Below, in pieces: positions 54,833-64,000 of a stretch of 64,000 nucleotides of DNA (its first letter is position 1; each line of letters opens with the position of its first letter). The stretch comes from Lingula anatina (taxonomy: Eukaryota > Animalia > Brachiopoda). A model generated the notes under the pieces. That model worked only from the letters and a program-made list of their open reading frames with translations. It had not been told where the DNA came from and did not search any database. The position numbers and the translations under genes were made by a program. The DNA lies in the NCBI GenBank assembly GCA_051362555.1, contig CM120640.1, positions 33,065,967 to 33,129,966 of the forward strand. Direction: 5' to 3'.

Positions 54833-55103
54833 GTTCTGCGTGATACAAACGGTAGCGATGTTCGACTTTCCCGCTTCCGTTCCTCCGATTGACGTTAGTT
54901 TCGTATTTTGATTTGTGAAATAATAGTAAAAGTCTGGTAAATAACAATAATTTTATAACATAGTATATGTTAATTTTGTTTTTAAATTATTATATGTCTA
55001 TTTGATTGAAAATAAAATCCAATCAAAATGAAAATATTTAATCGAGACAAATGTTTTAACAACATTTAAGCTCCGTGTGTCCGCTTTATTTCCGGTGAAA
55101 GTA
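54833..55103. promoter_or_regulatory. Putative bidirectional promoter shared by Mis18 and MTRES1
   Basis: Only 271 bp separate the divergent start codons. ETS-like CTTCCG (~54875) and TTTCCGGT (~55090) flank an AT-rich core, and a TGACGT half-CRE lies at ~54890. Confidence 0.7.
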
Positions 55104-56512
55104 ATGGCATCTGTGTGCCATGCAGTTTTGAAACGACAATGTCTAAGAAATAATCCTTACAACCGGCCTCAGTGGTTGTTGGGAGCAACCACTGTTTATG
55201 CACAGAAAGACAAACGCATGTTATGTTGTGCCAGTGCAAAGTTTCATAGAAAGCATCAATTTCAAACACCGTCTTTTGATAAATCTAACTGCAAAATATT
55301 TTGTTTAGGTAATTTTTATTGCTATTTCAACCATGTGCAAAGTAATAGATTTATACACACTTCAAGAAATTTACATTTACCTAAAAGCAAGAGGAAGGAT
55401 ACACACCGGTATCAGGTACAGATACAGTGTCTTAATATTGAATTTAAAATAAAAAATGAATAAAATTTCTGAAAAAAAGTAAAAATAAATAAGTAAATTA
55501 ATTAAATAAATAAATAAATAAGTTAATATACAGATGAAAAAATAAAGTAATTCATTGCTATTTTTTACTGAAATAAAATAAGTACTTGCAAGATAAGTGA
55601 TAATAAAAAATGAATACTAGTAAGTGAATAAACTAGAGAAAGGCTAGTTAATGGTATTTGAAGGTTCATGAATCTAATGGTTTAATTGATATGAAGTTAA
55701 CAGATTTGATAGTTACTTAAAAGAGGCCTTCTCATTAACAAAATTAAATGGAACATGTTTCATTGTCAGAAACGGTGCCTGTTATCTAGGCAAATCTCTT
55801 AACAATTAAAATGCCTTTGAGATGTGAACGACCAAGTTTTTCATCTATAGATTGTTTTCTGCAATCATACTGTACATTTAGTATGTGAATTTATTTTGTT
55901 CTATAAATAAGAAATGTGGCCCTGCTGGCTAGTAAGCATTTCTGGACACAAAATCTTGGCAATATTTAGCTATCTGATCAGCATCAAGGAATTTTCAAAT
56001 GTTTAACATGCACAAGAAGAAGAGGGAATGGGATTGAGGATATATTTAATTATATAATACTTTTTTGGGATAACTAATTATATTTTTCTTCCTGTGTAGA
56101 AGGATGATGCAGAATTACTAGGAGAAGATAATGATGAGTCTGATGAAGAACTGGATTCTGATGATGATGATGATGAAGTGGAGCTTGGTGGTGATGTTGA
56201 GGAAGAGACAGATGGCCCAGAAGACTATAGAACAATGAACATTACAGTGAAAACTGTGAGAGTAGATTCCTTGGTGGCACATGGTCTTGGCATTTCAAAC
56301 AAGTAAGATATGCTTGTTTCGATGTCTCTTTTGACAATTTACCAGTCTTTGGACTTTTCATCAGAATATTCCAATACTTACGAGTAACACATTTATGATC
56401 CCATTTAGTCAAGACTTAATTACATGACATGACCTGATCCAACATAGCACTTGTGGGGCTTTAAAAATTGAAAATTGTGATGAAAAAATTCTGTCACATA
56501 TGGACACATAAG

Positions 56513-56547
<35 letters not shown>

Positions 56548-57681
56548 AAGCAGGGTCTGTATACAAAGCTCTCACCTGTATCTATCAGCTGAAGCTGATG
56601 CTTCTAGTATCTGAATCAAATGTGGAAATTCTTTAGGAGGTTCTGTATGATTTGTAGTGGGATAATATCAAATATATTTCAGAATCTATTTATTATACAA
56701 AATGATACATTTCCATTTGTTTCTTTCCTCTTTGCATATATGGCATATAACAATGCTTTGTCAGAAAAAGTTTTATAATTTTTTACAGAACTTATAACAT
56801 TTTTTGATTGTATCCTGTATACATACAAAATATCCTTAAGTTCAAAGTATAAATTTTGTTGAATACCCTTTTGCCCTAAATTTTTGTAATACTATTGTAC
56901 CACAAGAGTGAGTGCTGAGGTACATATATCAAGATTTTGTCTCCAAACTGCCGAGTTTTCTATGACTGCTGCGACAGCTGCATGTCTGCAGATACAGGTC
57001 TCCATTACTGCGTCTCCTTGTAGGCTTCTACAAGTATTGTCTCTTTGTTCCTGTAGTTATTAATTGGTAGGTGCTGCAATTTGGTAATTTGCTGGCTTTG
57101 CCGATAAGATTTTACAACTAATTGCTGCTTGTTGTAGACAAAGAGTTCTCTTCTTCTTTGTTTTAGGCAAACAGAGGCACTGTTTTTAGGAACAAAAATC
57201 CCTATCAATGGTGAGAAAATTCGGAAGAAAGCTAGAAGAGTAGGTGGTTTTTAGAAGTTTTCCTCTTTGTAACTGAACTGAATGATATTAAGGTGTGCAT
57301 ATTTTCTGTTGAAGTTATGTCTACTATGATTTCAGTTTCATTAAATTTAACAAAAATGATGAGAAAAGAAGATGGACATATAAAACTGTACAATTGCTGT
57401 GGTAGTTTAAAACATTTGAAAGTTAAGTGTAGCTGTAGTATTTGGAATATTGATTAATAATGACATGATTTGGGTTGCTTATAACCTAGAATTAAATGTT
57501 TTTTTTTCTTTTTTTTTTGTAATTTTAGGTTAAAGTGGGTGATATTCTAGATGTAATTGGAGAAGGGCAGGAAAGTAATAAAAAAAGAAGAGTAAAAGTT
57601 CTTTCAATTGACACTGAAAACGTAACTAAAAAAGGGAGAGCACGAGTCACAATAAGAGCTTGGAGAAATCCTTTTGAGTAG
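55104..57681 (+). CDS. MTRES1: Mitochondrial transcription rescue factor 1 (C6orf203; S4-like RNA-binding domain), ~246 aa, 4 exons
   Basis: Exons 55104-55415, 56100-56302, 57167-57239, 57529-57681; GT-AG, 741 nt ending TAG. Basic presequence-like N-terminus (RFIHTS), acidic D/E tract, then DYRTMNITVKTVRVDSLVAHGLGISNKQTEALFLGTKIPINGEKIRKKARRVKVGDILDVI...RVTIRAWR, matching the MTRES1 pattern (R.D...GL.I...E..F....NGEK..KK.R.VKVGD.LD...R.W). Confidence 0.92.
56512..56547. repeat. (TG)n microsatellite, intronic
   Basis: Directly visible. Confidence 0.9.
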
Positions 57682-58322
57682 TTTCTTTTCCTGATGCAGG
57701 AAAGAAAGCGTGAGGACCTGAATAAGCATTTGGTTGCCAAGCAGCATCTTTAAATTTTCGAAAACATGAATGGGGAAATGTTTTTGCCCAATTTATTACA
57801 GAATTATAATTAGTGCAGGGAATTTAATCTGAAAACTTTTAAAATATAAAAAAAATTCATTGTGATGGATAAATGTTTTTTTATTATTATTTATAAAAGT
57901 TATACAAATATTGAAGATATAAAAACTGTATCCTTTTGTCACTAGCATTGATACATGGACGGATTTATACAATAGCTGCAATGCAACACTTTAAAACAGT
58001 TAAATTTTACTTTAATTATACAAATTATTTGCAAATATCAGTGAATAATAATGTCTTTTCCCAAACCAGTCTTTGCTTAGTTATTTCAGCAATTCACTGG
58101 ATTATTCACCAATTCATCTAAAACACTCAGCAGTTGAAATGCATTGTTGCATGAAAATCTTGTAGCAATTGTCCTTTTTGTACATGAGTGTACTTTGTGT
58201 AAGTTAATCACTTTTCCTGATTTTTTAATGAATGCTAATCAAACTGTTTGAATTACCATAACCACCTAAGCTTACAGTTTAAAGTTGTAAAGCTAAAAGA
58301 GTCAAATTTGATTTGATTTAGA

Positions 58323-58335
58323 TTTATTGAATAAA
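58323..58335. terminator. Palindromic bidirectional polyadenylation signal TTTATT-G-AATAAA between convergent MTRES1 and IQCH
   Basis: AATAAA on + at 58330-58335 is the first canonical signal I find after the MTRES1 stop. AATAAA on - at 58328-58323 lies ~60 nt after the IQCH stop. Confidence 0.5.
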
Positions 58336-58386
58336 AAACCAGTTTGAGCCTCTATGCTTTTCTTGTAAAGGATCACATCCTAAATG

Positions 58387-60993
58387 CTATGACTGTGTTT
58401 GTGAATGTGTACCCTGCTGACTGCTACTGTCCTCTTGGTCTTCGTGCCTGGTCTGTTCATCTGCATTGAGGACTGTGGTCCCCAGAATGCTCTCAATGTC
58501 TTGAATGACAGCCTAAGCAGAAAAAGTGTAGATAATGAGGCACAACTTCTCTCTCTGTATCCAGTACTTTACATCACTTGCATTTATTATATAATACAAT
58601 TTTATTTTTTTATATATATAGTTGCGATGTTTCTTTATTTTCTGACTATACTATACCTTAAAATTTGATTCTCCCTGCATGTTAGGTGCTGAGATCTCTT
58701 GATGTATCACAGATAGATTTCTGGCAAATGCTCCAAGAGTGCCTTGCAAGTTGTCACCAACAGTTCTGCAATATACACATGTAGAGTGATAATTGTGTAA
58801 ATTCTCAAAATCTCAAGAACTGTCAGTGGGTCATTCAGTAATTTCATGATTCATCTCTATGAAATTCTGAACCAGTCACATTCCACTGAGAGCCAGTACC
58901 TTCTTTCTGTCACATATATTAAAAGTTGCTTTGGTCAACTTTTTGCTTTCAATTAAATTCTTCATTTTGAAAATTTTATAACAGTGGTCTTGTTTATTTA
59001 TAAAACTTCTACTTAAAAAATCACAGAAACTTACATCATGCCAAGATTTTCCCTGTTGAAACTGTCTATTAAGGTAAATATGGACCCCTGCTTTTCCTGG
59101 AAAATTTAAAATTGAGAATAGTTATATTTTCTGAAACTATAAAATTCACACAAAAAAGGATGTGTGTGTGTGTGTGTGTGTGACTAGTTATGCCTTGTGA
59201 TATTCATGCCAAAATATGAACTTGTGTGGAGAGGGGTAGCGAGAGTCTATATCATTGGTAACGAAGCCAAGTTCTAATGCTAAAGGGCAGAGAACATTTA
59301 GGGCCATTTTCCATGAATTCTCACATATGGATTTTAAAATATTCCGGTCATATTTCTAGAGACTGTTCATTGCTTTACGTGGTGCCTTACCTTGATATCA
59401 AAGCCAATTCCATGAGCTCTACACATTTGGAAGAAGACACTATAATGGACCACTGCCAAATTGGAATGGACAAGCTGAGTGCTCATAACAGCAAACCTGT
59501 TTGTGTTTGGTGGAACCTCTTCCTATTAAAAATTGTAAGGCCTCTTTTTTAATATGGGTTTACTTTTGTCACAGAAAGGTTCAACTGTGCCATTTAAATT
59601 ATGACAAAAATAAGTTTAAAATAAATAGCCAACTAAAACTGTTTAATCTACAGGCAACCTGTTTCAGTTAAAATAAGTTTGTGTCTGAACATTAAAATTA
59701 CATTTTAAACTAAAAGTGATTACATTACCACATGCAGAGTGTACCAATGCAATCACATTCTTCCCAAGTAAGTTATTTTATAAAGCTTGTTACACATGAT
59801 GCCTATCTAAGGACAAATAAATAAATATATATATTGTTACACTGAGAATTTGGTATGGGTAAATTTTACAATAATCCTTGTACGCACTTCTTCTCTTCCT
59901 TTAGGCCTCCTCTTTTTTGGTTCCTTCTTTGGAGGTGGAATGTTATAGATATGAGTGTTAATGTCCAACTTTCCACCAGCCACAAACTGCAGCAGATTGT
60001 TCATGGTAGTAGAGTCACTGTAGGACAGGCTGAGGTCCACTGCCCACAGTACCTGGTCATCCTTCAACAAAAAATAATCAACATGTATGAGTTTATGTAA
60101 ATGCACAGACCAGTCTCCAAGAAACATATTTCAAAGGCAGTTCTGCCACATGCTCTTTCTATTTGAGCACGTTCAGAAATGAACTTTGCAGATATTATGT
60201 GTTATACACAAAATGAAAGATTAACCATATTTCTCTGTAAAATTCAACTTACAGTTTTGGGGTCTATAAAAGTAACAAAGTCTATGGTGAAGTAGCCAAC
60301 GACACCCCTGGCCTTGCAAGCTTCAGCTATCCTCATGCATGCATCGTTGAGCTGGGCTGGCTCCACTGAAGACTGTGGCACTGACAGACCCCAGCATTTA
60401 TAGGGGGTCTCTGCATGGATCTGATCCCCAAGGGATACTATACTGATTTTCCCATTGGGCTCCAGTAACATGTCCGCTGTTAGGGCCGTTATGTCTTCTG
60501 CAGGAGGACGCGCTTCAATAATACCACCTGTCAAGGCAAAATTGTTTTTTCATTAGTTAGAAGATACTGTAGCATCTCTCATTGATATGACAATTGAATA
60601 TGTAAGAAAAATTCAACAGAAATCTTTGAATAAGCAATTGAATTTTAATGTCTTTTATACAACCAATTCTGCTTTCTTAAAAGATTTAAAATGACGACTG
60701 TGACAGTATTTTACTGATAATTGATGTGAAAAAAATGTATTAAGGACTGAATACAGAACTGACAGTTGAATTGTTGCTTATAAACAATCTACTACAGACA
60801 GAGTTTACAGAGGTCAATCAGTGTTATGATTATGATGTTTGATTTTTTAAAATTAAAGAAAAGAGGCCATACCTTTGGCTAGGAAAGCATCTAAAAATGC
60901 TGGCCATGTTGGATATACTTTTGAATCCACTGGAAAACACCAGTGCTCTAGAATGTCTGGAATTTCTGACTGTATCTTCATGAAGACTTGTTC
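58387..60993 (-). CDS. IQCH: IQ motif-containing protein H, C-terminal 7 coding exons (5' part lies beyond the window)
   Basis: Exons 60993-60873, 60527-60253, 60061-59888, 59522-59391, 59096-59035, 58765-58657, 58512-58387; GT-AG, phases consistent. Peptides [72 protein letters not shown]...[19 protein letters not shown] and [17 protein letters not shown] closely match the IQCH C-terminus as I recall it. Confidence 0.93.
59161..59182. repeat. (TG)11 microsatellite, intronic
   Basis: Directly visible. Confidence 0.9.
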
Positions 60994-61060
60994 CTGTAAA
61001 AGACAAATGACATTCACAGATATCAACATTACCTAACTGTTAAGATGTCATTTTGACGAA

Positions 61061-64000
61061 TTGTACCACCAGCGTAGGCGCTGGCGGTACACATGGTTTT
61101 AGTCCCGACCCGTATGTTCCGCCGGCTCCTGCGGCTCCTGCGGCTCCTGCGGCTCCGCCGCCAAGTCACCGTTACCGCTTCTCCTCCTAGACGGTAAGGG
61201 CCTCCATACCCATCTCTTGGATTTAGGTCACCTATAATCTCAACTCGTTCCATGTAAAATTTGGGCTTTGTCGGTATTGGGGTCTAGGTGTGGCACTCAT
61301 TGCAATGCACCCTTGTCCAAAAATGGCAAAATTAAATGCTAATTATCTCCCCTACAGAAGGAATTATGGGAAAAATTTCTACAGACAGCTTTCCAAAAGT
61401 CATATGTGTAGATTTCAAATATGCCCTTGGATTTGACCTTTGACCTTTATTTTAAGGTCAAACGGGCCAAAATTTTCAAAAAAACAAAATTTTTGCCGAA
61501 AAAAAAATTATTTGCGGCCTTATTCAGACACCACACAGACTTAACTAATAATATTAATGGAAAGTGTTACCCTTCAGGTCATCTTTCATCTCCGTGAATT
61601 TGGGGTCAATCGGTGCATTTTCATGGGAGTAGCGGCCATAAGATATCGAAACTGAAAACTGTCTCTAATTCGGGAACCGTTAATGCTAGACACCCATTCT
61701 TTTTTGCATTTTGTAGAGCATGTAAAGCCCAACACTGGGGGTGGTCTCCATTTTTTTGTATTCCATACGGTTTTCGAGTTACGCTGTATCAAAAAGTACA
61801 TATTGGTGGTGAAAGCAAAATGTTCAGTATGGTAATGGATAATAAATTTTGAACTCCGGAAAAATAAAACATAAGGCTTGGCAAAGCAGACAACTTGTGG
61901 TCAAAAATGACATTATTTCATCAAATTTGAACATCTGGAACTTCAGAGCACCTCCCATTTCAAGAATTTTGACCAAAATGACCTTTTCTTTATTTTAATT
62001 AATTTTTTTTGTAGGAAATTTATGGCACATTATGGTAACTCCAAAATTATAACATTTAGTCCCTTATATCTCCAAAACTGGCAGAGATACGTCCATAGTT
62101 ACTATTGAACTTGAATAGGAAGTCATACACTGGCAATCTAAATGTGACCTTAAAATTGACCTTTGACCTACTTTTCACCATGAACTGAACTTTGCAAATT
62201 TTGCTTCCCTTTTATCTCCAAAACTGGCAGAGATAGGTCCATAGTTACTATTGAAGTTGAATAGGAAGTCATATACTGGCAATCTAAATGTGACTGTAAA
62301 ATTGACCTTTGACCTACTTTTCACCATGAACTGAACTTTGCAAATTTTGCTTCCCTTTTATCTCCAAAACTGGCAGAGATAGGTCCATAGTTACTATTGA
62401 ACTTGAATAGGAAGTCATATACTGGCAATCTAAATGTGACCTTAAAATTGACCTTTGACCTACTTTTCACCATGAACTGAACTTTGCAAATTTTGATTCC
62501 CTTTTATCTCCAAAACTGGCAGAGATAGGTCCATAGTTACTATTGAAGTTGAATAGGAAGTCATATACTGGCAATCCAAATGTGACCTTAAAATAGACCT
62601 TTGACCTACTTTTCACCAAGAACTGAACTTTGCAAATTTTGCTTCCCTTTTATCTCCAAAGTTACGCTGTATCAAAAAGTCATATTGGTGGTGAAAGCAA
62701 AATGTGCAGTACGGTAATGGATAATAAATTTTGAACTCCGGAAAAATAAAACATAAGGCTTGGCAAAGCAGACAACTTGTGGTCAAAAATGACATTTCAT
62801 CAAATTTGAACATCTGGAACTTCAGAGCACCTCCCATTTCAAGAATTTTGACCAAAATGACCTTTTCTTTATTTTAATTAATTTTTTCTGTAGGAAATAT
62901 ATGGCACATTATGGTAACTCCAAAATTATAACATTTAGTCCCTTATATCTCCAAAACTGGCAGAGATACGTCCATAGTTACTATTGAAGTTGAATAGGAA
63001 GACATATACTGGCAATCTAAATGTGACCTTAAAATTGACCTTTGACCTACTTTTCACCATGAACTGAACTTTGCAAATTTTGCTTCCCTTTTATCTCCAA
63101 AACTGGCAGAGATAGGTCTATAGTCTCTATTGAACTTGAACAGGAAGTCATATACTGGCAATCTACATGTGACCTTAAAATTGACCTTTGACCTACTTTT
63201 CACCATGAACTGAACTTTGCAAATTTTGCTTCCCTTTTATCTCCAAAACTGGCAGAGATAGGTCCATAGTCTCTATTGAAGTTGAATAGGAAGTCATATA
63301 CTGGCAATCTTAAAGTGACCTTAAAATTGACCTTTGACCTACTTTTCACCATGAACTGAACTTTGCAAATTTTGCTTCCCTTTTATCTCCAAAGTTACGC
63401 TGTATCAAAAAGTCATATTGGTGGTGAAAGCAAAATGTGCAGTACGGTAATGGATAATAAATTTTGAACTCCGGAAAAATAAAACATAAGGCTTGGCAAA
63501 GCAGACAACTTGTGGTCAAAAATGACATTTCATCAAATTTGAACATCTGGAACTTCAGAGCACCTCCCATTTCAAGAATTTTGACCAAAATGACCTTTTC
63601 TTTATTTTAATTAATTTTTTCTGTAGGAAATATATGGCACATTATGGTAACTCCAAAATTATAACATTTAGTCCCTTATATCTCCAAAACTGGCAGAGAT
63701 ACGTCCATAGTTACTATTGAAGTTGAATAGGAAGACATATACTGGCAATCTAAATGTGACCTTAAAATTGACCTTTGACCTACTTTTCACCATGAACTGA
63801 ACTTTGCAAATTTTGCTTCCCTTTTATCTCCAAAACTGGCAGAGATAGGTCCATAGTCTCTATTGAACTTGAACAGGAAGTCATATACTGGCAATCTACA
63901 TGTGACCTTAAAATTGACCTTTGACCTACTTTTCACCATGAACTGAACTTTGCAAATTTTGCTTCCCTTTTATCTCCAAAACTGGCAGAGATAGGTCCAT
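61061..64000 (+). mobile_element. Non-autonomous Helentron/Helitron-type (DINE-1/HINE-like) element inserted in an IQCH intron; right end outside window
   Basis: Begins next to TT with a GC-rich hairpin TGTACCACCAGCG-TAGG-CGCTGGCGGTACA (61062-61091). A short (CGGCTCCTG)n microsatellite follows (61123-61157), then TGACCTTTGACCTT...AAGGTCA motifs and an internal tandem array. This layout is typical of Helentron-associated elements of marine invertebrates. No RepHel ORF. Confidence 0.65.
61778..64000. repeat. Nested tandem repeat: [~295-299 bp spacer + (146 bp)n], n = 4, 3, >=2
   Basis: TATCTCCAAA recurs at 62067, 62213, 62359, 62505 and 62651 (period 146). The spacer start GTTACGCTGTATCAAAAAGT lies at 61778, 62661 and 63394 (883 and 733 bp units). 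Identical ORFs at 62613 and 63346 are 733 apart. Confidence 0.96.

Noticed and set aside
57005-60100. ORFs opposite to MTRES1 and IQCH exons (57005, 57525, 58405, 59277, 59855)
   Set aside because: Antisense shadows of confidently assigned exons.
61029-61253. Arg-rich ORF (RRSRRSRRSRR) as a protamine-like gene
   Set aside because: Arises from the (CGGCTCCTG)n microsatellite inside the transposon end.
62613-63588. Duplicated 80-aa ORFs
   Set aside because: By-products of the 733-bp repeat unit, with no recognisable domain.

Overview
AT-rich eukaryotic (metazoan invertebrate; echinoderm-like is only an inference from motif and intron style) nuclear DNA. Bases 1 to ~43,030 are one tandem array of ~290-320 bp monomers. 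Each monomer is a dimer of two related ~140-170 bp halves, and the monomers are grouped into variable-length higher-order repeats punctuated by a ~158 bp half-unit. Nearly every monomer reads on the + strand as branch point, polypyrimidine tract/CAG, a 63-nt phase-0 acidic mini-exon (e.g. DMEDDKCLPWNIDYSSDQQFM) and a GTTAGT donor, so the satellite looks like an amplified exon-intron cassette. It decays at its right edge into degenerate exon-like sequence. After ~5 kb of microsatellites and transposon relics come four compact spliced genes, assembled by hand: an 11-exon protein with a myristoylation motif and three cyclic-nucleotide-binding-like domains (+), Mis18 (-), MTRES1 (+, head-to-head with Mis18) and the last 7 coding exons of IQCH (-). 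The upstream IQCH intron holds a Helentron-like element with a nested 146-bp tandem repeat that runs off the window. All calls are by eye and no database searches were run.
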